From the NCBI GenBank assembly GCA_009602735.1, contig WELA01001939.1, positions 798,629-862,628 on the forward strand: a stretch of 64,000 nt of DNA, written 5' to 3'. Below the pieces are notes generated by a model. The model saw nothing but the letters and a program-made list of their open reading frames with translations. It was not told the DNA's origin and did not search any database. The position numbers and the translations under genes are program-made. Below are positions 37,643 to 49,402 of this stretch, piece after piece; position 1 is the stretch's first letter, and the number at the start of each line of letters is the position of its first letter. This DNA comes from Mesotaenium endlicherianum. Its lineage: Eukaryota.

Positions 37643-39195
37643 GTGTCTACTGGCGTGAAGACGAGAACTCACAAGGAGGTTATCCCAAGGACGAATCAGG
37701 TGAAGGAGATGTACCTTGTTTTGGTGGCCCTGGCCAGGTCATCAGATGGAGCAAGCGTGAATCCTAACAGCCTGGGCGAATGTACATCCCCGGAGGAGCA
37801 AGTAGTGGTGTCTGATCCCCTTGCTCAGAAGGAGCAGAGCCCAACTGCTCAAGAGAAGAAGCCTGCTGAGATGTCTGCCCGAATTAAGGCGCTGTTGGAG
37901 GAGTTCAAGTGCGTGTTTCCTGAGGAGCTACTTGCTGGATTACCTCCACAGAGAGCTATGGAGCACAAGATCTAGTTGGAACCAGGGAGCAAGCCACCAG
38001 TGAGACCCGTCTATCGTCAATCGTTTGCGGTGTTGGATGACTTGAAGAAGCAGCTGCCAAAGTTATTGGAGAATGGATTCATCCGACCCAGCGAGTCCCC
38101 ATTTGCAGCGCCCGTCATATTTGTGAAAAAGAAGGATGGGACTATGAGGATGTGTGTCGACTACCGGGCACTCAACAAGATTACCATCAAGAACAGGTAC
38201 CCACTTCCACAAGTGGACGAGTTAATTGACAGGCTTGTCGGGGCAAAGTATTTCTCGAAGATCGATTTGAGGAGTGGCTATCACCAGGTACGGATTGCGG
38301 AAGGAGACGTTCAGAAGACTGCTTTCAGGACTCGCTATGGTTTATTGGAGTTCACAGTCATGCCTTTTGGGCTGACTAATGCACCTGCTACATTCATGGG
38401 ACTCATGAATAGTATCTTCAAACCCTATTTGGACCAATTTGAGGTAGTATTTTTGGACGACATCTTGATCTACTCGAAGACCTTGGAAGAGCATGTGGAG
38501 CATCTGAGGAAGGTGTTGGAAATCTTGAGAGATCAGAAGCTATATGGGAAGATGAGCAAGTGCGACTTCTGTCTCAAGGAGGTCGAGTTTCTTAAACACA
38601 TAGTGGGAGCTGAAGGAGTCAAGGTGGAGCAGAAGAAGGTGCAAGCAGTCACAGATTGGCCGGTACCTGCTGATATCCATTAACTCAGGAGTTTCCTTGA
38701 CATGGCGAATTATTATCGACGTTTCATTGAAGGATTTGCCAAGGTGTGTGCACCGCTCACGGACATGTTAAAGAAGCAGGAGAAGTGGCTATGGGGTGAC
38801 AAGGAGCAACAAGCTCTCGAGAAGATTAAGGAGTTGTTGACACAGGCACCTGTGTTGGCAATTGCAAGTCCAAAGCTTCCTTCACCATCATCACGGACGC
38901 TTCAAGTTTCGTAGTGGGAGCCATTCTTCTCCAGGATCAGGGTAAAGGATTGCAACCTGTGGCATATGAGAGCAAGAAATTGAGTCCTGCGGAGCAGAAT
39001 TATGCATCACACGAGCGGGAGATGTTGGCTATTATCCAGGCTTTGAGGGTTTGGCGATGTTATGTGGACGGCCGAAAGGTATTCATCAAGTCCGACCACA
39101 AGAGCTTGGAGAAATTTATGTCGCAGCCAACATTGACACCAAGACAGGCAAGGTGGATGGAGTTTCTACAACAGTTCAACCACAAGATTGAGTAT
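37643..39195 (+). pseudogene. pol: Ty3/gypsy pol pseudogene (RT + RNase H; no protease or integrase seen)
   Basis: [108 protein letters not shown]. In-frame stops at 37973 and 38681 and a frameshift near 38880. Confidence 0.95.
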
Positions 39196-40589
39196 ACGTG
39201 CCTATGAACACCCCTACTACTATGCGGACCTCGTGCTTGATTACCTTTGCTTCAAAACAGGAGTTTGTAGCTCCGAGACAAGGATGGCACTCTCGCAACT
39301 ACCCATCCCCTTTTGTCCTTTTCCACGCTCTTTCTAAACAAAAAAGTTGCACTTAATTCCTTGCTTGGCTCGAGTTTGCTTCACATAGTGGCACAATGTC
39401 GCAATAGTTCTATCACTACATGTATTCCTCTCCGCCGTGGGAAGAAGACATGCACGACGGCAGAACAATTATTTCGATTCGAATTCAAGAAGGCGATCGA
39501 TTACTTCGACTCGGTTCCTTGAGAATTTATTATATTGCAAAAAAGGTTGAAATTTGCTAACGGGCGGCGTGCTAGCGAGAAGAGCGTTTAAGTGACGATT
39601 ATTTAAGTTATTTTAATAAATGCACTGACACACATGTCGTAGACTGTATTTAACGACAAACATTATTTGTCTTAGAAGGACGGACGGACGTGTCAGTCCC
39701 TAACGCTCGGAAAAACAAGTAACTAGCCGCACGAGCGAACTTGTAGCATTTCGCTCTGGATCGGCTGAGGAGCGCCTCTGGTTTTCGCTTTCCATCGAAA
39801 GAAAAATTCATTTGAGGCCTCAAATGGAACAAAATTCATTCGAACGGGCCGAATCGGCTCGAATGGAAATCCATTCGGTAAATTTGTCAAGATGGAAACG
39901 ATTTAGCCCATGTCCAATGTCACGGTGACCTTGAAAGCTCCCCCACAAGCCATTGCTTGTGACTTAAGTACCTGCTCAAAATTTGAACATACTGAAGAAA
40001 ATGGGAGACCAACTGGTTTGATGGAACTGAATGCCCTTATAAGGTTAGTAGCATCATATGAATGAATCCAGGAAAATTTTAAATTCTAACCACGTTATCA
40101 GAATGCACTAAGTTCAAAGAAACATATGATTGTAAGCAATATACTAGTCAACTCAAGCAATTCCCTGATGTGCCATGTATCATTGCTATCCAATCCCACC
40201 TTATGGAAATGTACTTACTCAGATAGTACGTACACTTGCTCAAGCAGTGTACTGCAACCCACAAATTACAGCAGTCAGTCACTGATGCTCCTGGTATAAT
40301 GCAGTATAATCACAAGATGTGGCAGTATATAACTCAATTAGTACATACACTTGCTGCTGAGTATGCAGGTAAGCACAGTTTACTAAATACTCCTAATACA
40401 CATCCCATCTCCCTCTCCTTAACTTAAATAGCTGTCGACCGGACAGCTCTAACCACATAGACACAACGAGAAGTGCCTATAACTCCTCATCATAAAAACA
40501 CATACAGAGTGACATTCATAGAGGTGGTGGAGGCACGGGTGGTTGGAGAAGGATCAACAAAATGAAAAGCAAGGACTGTAGTACTTGGC

Positions 40590-41260
40590 AAAGTCCTCTA
40601 GGCACAAATATGTGAAAGGTTGCAATTGCCAAAGTTTGTATACTCTAGAGTCTGTAGAAAACAACTTTTTTGTTCATTGTCCTTGACATTAAAAGAACTT
40701 CTTATTTGTTTGAATCTCTTCTTGCTCATGAACTTGCCAAAGCTAGGGAGAGTGGTAGGCCTTTTCATTTTCTTTTGCTAATAACTCTTTAGCCTAGGGA
40801 GAGCATGTAATCCCATAGCCATGCACAATTCATGGTAGACAACCATCTCTGTGCATGTCACAGGAATCCAGCCCCTCACAGTGTGTTGTGATGCATAGTT
40901 GTTTGTCTCTACAACTAATTGCTGGAAAAAAGCAATAGGCATGAAGAGACAGAAGATGCCATAGGGACTCAGACCTTTAAATCTCTTGTCTCGGATGGCT
41001 TGGAGGCCATGGTGGTGTTTTTCACTCAGCTACAGCAGGTCTTCTTGACAGGTGTCTCCAGGATCAGGCACCTTCCAGTCCCACACCTCTTCATAGTCCT
41101 CCTCCTCCTCCTCTAGCATGGTTGCTGCAGGAGCAACCTCCTCTGTGTCTTCGGAATCGAAGAAGTCTTTTTCTTCAGAGCTGCTGCTGTCAGATCCAGA
41201 CTCAGAGTCCAAGAAAACTTCCTTGTCTTTCTTACTAGACATAGGCTTGCCTTGAAACAT
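40590..41260 (-). pseudogene. piggyBac-like transposase remnant (N-terminal half)
   Basis: Acidic tract, EEVWDW, HHHGL, PYGIFCLFMPIAFFQQLVVETNNYA, WIPVTCTEMVVYHELCMAMGL, LPSFGKFMSKKRFKQI; colinear with the copy at 62265-63161; several stops. Confidence 0.85.
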
Positions 41261-42466
41261 GAATTTGCTTCATACTGTAGAAATTGCTACTTTGATTGAG
41301 CCTGGAGGTCTGCCCCTCTTCTTGCTAGGTTGACTGTTAGTAAGGCTAATTTCAGTCCCCTGCAACTCTGTACTAACTTGTGTGTCCAAAATGGCTGCTT
41401 GAGATAGTCTAAAAGATGCCTGAGGGTCATCTTAACTCTCGGGTGCTTGATCGCCTCTGGCTGCTCTTGCTGCTCACTTTCCCACTCGTATACTCCCTCA
41501 AAAATTTCATGGAATCTCTTAGAGTCTTTCTTAATGCTCCCTTCAACAATCTCCTGCGTAAACTTCTGTCTAGACTTATCATACACGAAGAATACTTGAA
41601 AACGACGCCATGGCTCTTTTAGGCCTCAATTCGCTTCTTCACCACTCTTTCTAACAACACTTCATCCTAATATGTCTCAAATTCTTCTTGTGCCCACAGA
41701 CGACCGAAGTGTGCAACTGATATGAAAATTTTAGTTCTTAAAAGAGCGTCGAGAGAGCAACCAGCGGCAGCCATGGCTAAAGAGGTCTCGTGAATAAGGA
41801 CTTTTGCGTTCATTTTTGATGACTTCCTTCATCGATACTGATTTTAACATCGTACATATTTTGATGAAACTTGTACGTAAGAAGTCGGTTTGACCTGTCG
41901 AAGTAATTCTCCACACGTTGCAATGTAGCCCATCGTTTCGACTAATTTTACTTAAAATTATGAAGCATACAGAGAAATATGGTAGAGACAAAGGGGGCAA
42001 GTAGTTGCATCAAAATATGTGAGTTGCGTCATACATGGTGCTCCGCGCTATCTAATGATAAGTAACCAGAGAACGCTATAAAGATTACTTTATTTATATG
42101 AAGATCTTCATTTAGTAATTGATTGCTTATTGATGAGTCGGTTCATATTAATACTGGTGGCACGGCATGACTAAGGTTGTGGTTGGGACAGCTTGTCGAG
42201 CCGCACCCTCTGTGACCGTGTGCGTTCTAACTTCATGGGACGCATAGTCGCCCTCGGCCCTTTGCCAATCAAAGGGTCGTTCAACCAGTAGTCGCTCGAC
42301 TTGGTAAGCGAGCTGCTCAAGTCTCGCCGAGGTATCTCTACGTCTTGGTCATGATTGAGCACTTGTCCAAGTGGCTCCAGCTTATGTCCCTGCCCAACAA
42401 GACCAGTAAAAGGATTGCTGCCCTTTCTTGATTAGGTCCTTAGCCGCTTTGGCGGCTGCACAGAGG

Positions 42467-42971
42467 TGTAGTGAAACAGATAGGTAAAGTACTTATTAAA
42501 ATACAATACTTTATCTATTCAGGACAAGGATCTTTAAACACAAGTGGTAGCTTCTTGAAAGAGAGATGGCTTCTTGAAAGTTAATATATTTCTGGAATTT
42601 GGCAAGTACAAGAGTGATTCTCGAATGCCTTCTATGTTCTAGCTCTTGTTTATATACTTGCTACACAAGTAATTTCTAGGAAGGTGCATGTTGATGTGTT
42701 GGCACCCAACACATCCCAAAACTTGCCACCTCTTTCTAGAATAATGTACACATGTCCTTTTGACCTAAAAATGGCACATTTGACTTTTGCCACATGGAGT
42801 TCTTCTAGGTCCTTCCTCTAACTTTGAAAATGCCTTAGAAGATTCAAAGGACATGGACCAAGTCACTAGAGTATCTATTCACACTTGAATCCACACAATA
42901 CTATTTCAACACAATATATTCAAAAGCGTTAAAATAAAACAAAACTAATCTATTCTACTCAAATCACTACG
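42467..42971. mobile_element. Solo LTR, family C (505 bp), inserted in the integrase core
   Basis: Termini TGTAGTGA...TCACTACG (inverted, terminal A changed to G); direct repeat GAGG on both sides; integrase frame EV|LTD resumes after it. Confidence 0.8.
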
Positions 42972-43267
42972 GAGGTGTTGACTGACCACGGCAAAGAGTT
43001 CCAAGGGAATTTTTGGAAGATGCAAAAGTGCTCCATGATCGACCACTTCTTGCGACCATTCCCAGGCTGACAATATCGCAGAGTCATGGTGCAGACAGTG
43101 AAGCAGGGGCTGCACCCAGCACATGAGAGCGCCCACTAGGATGACGCGCTGCCCTGGTTGGCTATGGAACATAGACACAATAAGCAGGCCTCATTGGCCT
43201 TAATTTCTCCCTATTTCCTTCTCCATGGTCAACAACCAATCTTGCCAACCGCTGCCAGGAGGGTGGC

Positions 43268-44025
43268 TGAAAGGGGCAGAGTGCCCTAGTGGAAGCGTAG
43301 TAACTCACGAGGAAAAGAACTAGTTGCAATCATACTAAAGAGTGCAGCGGCATATCACTAAGAAAGCTTAGGAAAATTACTCAACATTTTGAGTAGCAAG
43401 AAAGTGCTCACAAATGATGTAGGATGAAAGGCCTTGTCAATACAAACCCGTGGAAATTCAAAGAAGTGAAAATTGATAAGAAATGAAGTAGTTATGCCTA
43501 TTTATAATTTTCTGACCTAAGTCCTTCTCTCTAGACGGGAGGGCCGCTTAGCAATGGATTTTCCTAAGTGTTTGTCAAATTGTCCCTTCCAGAATATTCG
43601 TGAGTAAGCCAGATCAGTCTCATCTGACGTGTCGGGTTGATTTGACGTCCAGATGCTTGCATCGCAATATCTAGAATATTCTATCTTAGGCGCGCTAGGC
43701 TAAACCGAAACTTCTAGGTGATTTGACCTAGTCGGCACTCTGCGTCAGCCGAACTTACGTGAAGGTTCGAGTTCACTCTAACGGGCCAGATCGCTCGACG
43801 CTGTCGGTCAATCCGACGGTCGCGCTCACCGCGAATTAAAAAGGACAGTCGCCAATCGACCTCAAAACTAATTAAGATTCGGAAATCAATAACTCTCTCA
43901 ATACTTGACCAAATTTGATGAACCGTATATCAAAATGACCAAAAAAATGCACTCTACACTACTATACAATTAAAACATACTTTCATGAAACTCAAAAATG
44001 CACTTTATAAACCTATGACCTTCCA
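43268..44025 (-). mobile_element. Solo LTR, family A, inverted (758 bp)
   Basis: Reverse complement of the 35834-36562 LTR; perfect 5-bp TSD GTGGC (43263-43267 and 44026-44030). Confidence 0.93.
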
Positions 44026-44596
44026 GTGGCAAACAATGTTGTCAACTTTGACATAACTCAAACACATGGAGCGCCATCATCAGGCAACGCGCATAATGCG
44101 TCCATGATTGAAGCCATGGCCGTGGATAACCTTGGTGTCACATAACATTGGAAGAATTTAATGTTCGCCAGAACTCGTGGAGGGACCTACCGCGGGTGAT
44201 TTTGTCTACCTGCGACGCCACGCAAAAAAACACCCTCGACACTAGGTGTTTTCCAGCATCCTGAGGGTCAAGAGCGTCTTGGTGTTAGAAGTGTTGTAGC
44301 AAGAGGGTGCAGATGACCACCTGCCCAATCTGGACCTACAGAGGTGTCCCCCCGATGTCCGACCGCCCGAGGACTGGACCCCTCGATTCCGCCACAGCCG
44401 AAGACGCGAGGCCAAGATGCTGCTCTGCGACATTTGCAAACTTGGCTCTGACATCAGCTGCCTTGACTCACCGTTGGCTAAGGTACTCCCGAGCCACTTA
44501 ACATGCACCAACTATTCTACGCTAGCACTCGGCAGCAATAGTAGCTCACCAAACCATGACCGAGAGCTAGGAGAAAACAAGAATCTTTGGTCATGT

Positions 44597-45652
44597 TGTA
44601 ATGACTTACTATGTCATCGGAAGTACTGATGTGTTTGAGTATAGTATTTAATCCTAGTTTAAAAACACGGATACGGCCTGTACGGATACGGCCTGTACAG
44701 ATACGTATATACGGGTGTGCCAAAATTGTATGTTAAATACGCCAAAATACGCCAAGCGTGTAAACCTAGTAGAAAGTTGTTTGCGGCTGTAACTTTTGGA
44801 AAGTATAAATTAGTAAATTTTGTCGATCGCATTAGGTGGAGAATGACGAGCGCGTCAAGAATAGATGGTCAAAAATAAAATGATGGTAACCATCTACCTG
44901 TAGAAGGGAAAATCTTATTATGGTGTTAAATAAAAGAAACGGACCATGATTTTTATTTTTTATTTTTTGATACGTATACGTATGCGATACGAAGTATCGG
45001 TACGGCAAGCTAGGCCGACACGCAAGTATTTTTTTTTAACTAGGTATTTGATGAAGTTCGGACTGTCAGTTAATATTTAGTGTAATGACTCAGCCGAGAG
45101 TAGCATGCTGAAGTTGAGTTAAGTCAACTTGCAGACACATTCTTTGACAGCTAGCTAACCACCTTAAGCAGAAATAGTGAACTTCCTAATAATACATCTC
45201 TTGAAACATGCTAGATGAATGGCCAGATACGCCTTAAGCGTATGGCAATTCAGGATGATGGAAGATGGCTATGACTTTAGTTAGCCGATGTCCTACCGAC
45301 GAGGTTATCTCCCGGATAAGTGGTGCCATCGAACTTGCCATTAGCAGTAACTTCATGTTCATATACTAGGTTTGCTATCAAGTTTGGCATTGAAAAACAA
45401 GGTCAACTTTCTGTACAAAATACTAAGAGAATATATAAATCCAAGGCTGCAAGTCGTTACACGAGCTGCTTACTAACATTCCTTTTGTGAAAGTTTATGC
45501 ACATTATTACATTTGACTAGTGAGGATTGCTTATGCTACTTGTGTGTGCTTTGCTGTTTAATAACTTACCCAAGAAACACCATAAAGATTACTTGTGGAC
45601 ATAAAGATCTGTATTAAATAGTAATTGCTCATTGGTAAGTCAATTTATATTA
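44597..45652 (+). mobile_element. Degenerate LTR, family B, carrying a MITE
   Basis: Starts TGTAATGA; 45081-45645 aligns with 63281-63880 (ends TTGGTAAGTC..). No clear TSD; ends approximate. Confidence 0.7.
44653..45044. mobile_element. MITE, 392 bp, hAT-like
   Basis: TIRs CCTAGTTTAAAAA / TTTTTTAACTAGG; 8-bp TSD TATTTAAT / TATTTGAT (one mismatch); subterminal GATACG repeats. Confidence 0.8.
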
Positions 45653-46798
45653 CTTCTGCCCCAAATTTTGGCTATGAGGCCACATATATTACATACCTCA
45701 TTACAGCAAAGCTTGCGGACATGACTTGTATTGCCTAATATTGCCAGTGCACGCCCGACCTCTTAACACACAACAATTGTCATGATCATTGGCTTGGGGT
45801 TGATGCACCAATGCCAAGCTACAAATGTGTGAAGGTCCACCTAGAATCACTTTATTTTTTCATATTTATGAATCTTCTTTTTCTAGCTTTTCGTGTCTTA
45901 GAAATGTATTACATTAAGCCACCTTTCAAACGCGTCCGGTTTATCTTCATTTGGATAGATGTCAGAGGAGATATTTACTTATATGTGAAAGCTATCTACC
46001 ATCCCTTAGCGTGGCCAAGTGTGAACGCCCCAAGGCCCATGACGCGCATCATCGATCCCAAAAAAACACACACTTGCAACTTACAAAAATGTTTGACCAG
46101 ATTGCGAGCCCTCCATAGCATGAATACCATACTTTTCCTTAGCAATATAACGTACAAAATTGGTTATAACTTAGTGACTGCAAATTTGCCTGTGCTTTTG
46201 GCTATGAAGCCATATGTATCATAGACCTCAATGCAACAAAGCAAGCTGAACTGACTTGTATTACCTAACATTGTTGATGCAAGCCTGACCTCTTCACGTA
46301 CCACATAAGTGATGATTTACATGTTCAAAAAAGGCCATGTACCATGTAAAACATGTCGATGGGATTAGTTTTTCAACAAAAAACAAGGATAAAATTTTAA
46401 CTGGCATGTTAACATCGAAGACACTTTGATAGCTGTTGATGGACCACAACTTTGTCGTGGAGACCTGGATCATGTGACTTGGATGTGCACATCTAGCAAT
46501 AATACAGCCATACAAAATACAAACATTAAGAGAGCATTTTTGATCAACTACGGATGTGTGAAAGCAAATCTCTTGTGTACATGCTTAAGTTGTATGAAAA
46601 TATTGCACTAATTGCTTTAACTTACAAAAAAGTCAAAGGGCTAAGTAGCTTCTATTGACATTCGGGCAATTTGAATAATATCCCTAAAATAATAATCCAC
46701 GCCATAGAAACTTAACCAAATAGGTGAGTCGATGATATGATCGGTGTGGTGCAAGAAGCACCTAGCTACTGTAATTAGTATCACCCCTGCAAAGCTCA

Positions 46799-47471
46799 TG
46801 TAACGCTATTGGTTTGTAGAGTGCATTTTTCTGATTATTTTGATATAAAGTTTGTCAAATTTGGACAAAAATTGAGATAGTTCAGTTTTTTGAAGTTTGA
46901 ATCACTTTTTTGGATCGTTTAACGACTATTGTTAATTTGCGGTGAGTACGATTGTCAGATCTGACGAACAGCAATGAATGATCTTGGCCAATAGTTTTGA
47001 TTCGGAGCTTCAGGTAAGTTCGGCTGACTAGGTCAAATTACCAAGAAGTTTTGAGGTACCCCTAGCGCGTCCAAGATTATCTAGAATATTCAATACAGTG
47101 TATTTGGACGTCATATTGATCCAACACGTTAGATTGGAACGTTCAGGCAAATTTGAAATGGTTTGGGAGGGGGCGATATGACAAACACCTACAATACTTT
47201 CGGATAGACTACCTAGGAGGTAAAAAACTAGAAATAGACATCACTTCTTCATTACTTATAAACTTTCAATTTTGTAAGTTTCTATGTGTACGAAATGACA
47301 AGGCCTTTTATCGTATTACATTTGTGACTATATTGTTGCAGTCATTGATGTCCAGTAATTTTGCAAAGCATTCATCCGGACATGTCGTTGCACGCGTGAG
47401 TGTAATTGCTGAAACTAGTTTTGGTTCATCGTGAGGTAGTACACTTCCACAAGGGCACTCTGCCCCTTTTA
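46799..47471 (+). mobile_element. Old, diverged LTR, family A
   Basis: TGTAA start; shared blocks TTTTGATATAAAG, TAAGTTCGGCTGAC, CCTAGCGCGTC, ATGACAAGGCCTTT; ends AGGGCACTCTGCCCCTTTTA. TSD not preserved. Confidence 0.8.
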
Positions 47472-48321
47472 GGACATGCATAAATATGACTACTTGCTTT
47501 TTCCAGTAAAACACTGCTTTATGCAGCTCACATTTCAAAAATGGTTACCTTCATTGTGGTACAACGGAAGGTATGTGACCACTTTGGTAGGTCGTTACGC
47601 GGCTGTAGATAGTGTAAAAGTAAAGTCACTATCTGTCTTTTCGAGAAAATGATATGGGGGGTGATAAATATTGTGCCTTTACCAACAAGAGTCCATAGAC
47701 ACACTGACATGCCATAAGAAACAACGGTTATAGAGAAATACACATTTTGTGTCGTACGACAGTCTTTACTTGATGCATACAACGATGTTTTCAATACATG
47801 CTGTTGTTATTCATGGTAGTTGTTTTTTTGCCCATCATCCTCATGAGGATGATGGGCTTGATATTATATTGAGTAAGACACTAGTCAAGAACACGGTTCT
47901 GTAGGACCCCGTAATTCGAAAATGTAGATAGTGACAAAGTTGAGGTGAAATTTTAAAAATAGCCTACTTACTCAAGCTTGTATGAATGCCAATGTATTGA
48001 GTCTTATACTTCCATGATAGTCATAAAAGCAACTACCATATCTAAAGCTCGTATACATCAAGCGTTTCGCAACGCACATTACTATTGTGTATGTACTAGC
48101 AACTGAAGCTTGTTGCATGCACAATTAAAGGGGGTTTGCCCTGCTGCCTAATGGATGGGTACAAACTTGCGAGAAGCCTTTTACGTACAAACATCATTTC
48201 TCAAGAAGATCAAACTTTGGAGTGAACTTGTTATCCGACATAAACATATGATACAACCTGTTCCCAAAGTTCCTCCACAAGCTGCCGTGCACTACTCTAG
48301 AGGAAACCTAAAGTTGTTGGT

Positions 48322-49192
48322 CTACAGATAATAATCCCCTTGCTTGGATGTGGCTTTGATGTCTTTTAGCTTCCTAAGAATCTGCAAGTAGTACTCTTGC
48401 AGGTACGCCTCTAATGTTGTCGTCTCCTTGGGGTCCATTCCTAACATGGAGTATGTTTCAGTCATTGGTGCCGAAAACACGGCGTCACTTGTCAAAACCT
48501 GCTCTCTCCCAGCAACACACCAATACGGAAGAAGATGAACCCATGTCATGGCTTGACTGCCTCTTGCAGTTGACTCACACCCAATAGCAACCCGGTTTTG
48601 CACCTTCAACTTGCTGCCCCTTGCACATACCAATATTCTAGATTGAAGATTTTGGACACAACACGCTCTTGGTAGGTACAGTTTATATGAAAGAAACTCT
48701 TGTGTACATCATGAATCACAACAGGCCTATATAATGTATCAGTCCCCATCATAGTTACCTCCATGTGTTCCGAACTTAAAGTGGCAACAACCGAACTTTC
48801 AAGAGTAAGGTAGTCGTCATTTCACATCAAGACCATGTACATTCGTCATATTCTGTCACGCAGGAAATGGCAAACAATCTTGGAAGGGAAAGGAAACTCG
48901 ACATGAAGTTTTGGTGGCTCCAAGCATCTGATCGTGCTTCATTTATGACCCTCGGAGCGACGCACCTCGGAAAAGGCGAGGCGATCTGCGACGTCGTTGG
49001 TCCACTGGAAGAGGCGCGTAAGAACGCGGGTGAACTTCAGGAAGCCAACTGGAACCGTGGTGACCTTGGCGTCTTGCCCCGCCAGCCTCTCACACAACGC
49101 TATAACCTGGCGCCCACATTTGCTCACACACAAGGACAAGAATGCGCAACACATAAATATGTTATCATGTAAGAGCACGCAATGTCTGGCGG

Positions 49193-49271
<79 letters not shown>

Positions 49272-49350
49272 NNNNNNNNNNNNNNNNNNNNNNNNNNNNN
49301 NNNNNNNNNNNNNNNNNNNNNNNNNNNNNNNNNNNNNNNNNNNNNNNNNN

Positions 49351-49402
<52 letters not shown>

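Larger units (their letters stand above)
35834..39195 (+). mobile_element. Truncated Ty3/gypsy LTR retrotransposon (family A): 5' LTR, PBS, gag, RT, RNase H
   Basis: LTR 35834-36562 (TG...CA), PBS TGGTATCGAAGC at 36565-36576, gag from 36600, RT-RNase H to about 39195. No integrase or 3' LTR follows. Confidence 0.95.
42172..44520 (+). pseudogene. Ty3/gypsy integrase remnant with C-terminal PHD finger, split by two solo LTRs
   Basis: CDRVR..PLPIKG, YVLVMIEHLSKW, VLSRFGGCTEV|LTDHGKEFQG, MVQTVKQGL, DDALPWLAM, SPYFLLHGQQPILP, GDFVYLRR, then AKMLLCDICKLGSDISCLDSPLAKVLPSHLTC near 44411-44510. Confidence 0.85.

Noticed and set aside
33093..44520. Minus-strand RT and plus-strand integrase as one element with divergent ORFs
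   Set aside because: No shared LTR pair or TSD; about 8 kb of other elements lie between; separate fragments are simpler.
47900..48321. A second ORF (for example a one-helix protein) downstream of HCF244 forming a bicistronic unit
   Set aside because: No such ORF or chlorophyll-binding motif found.
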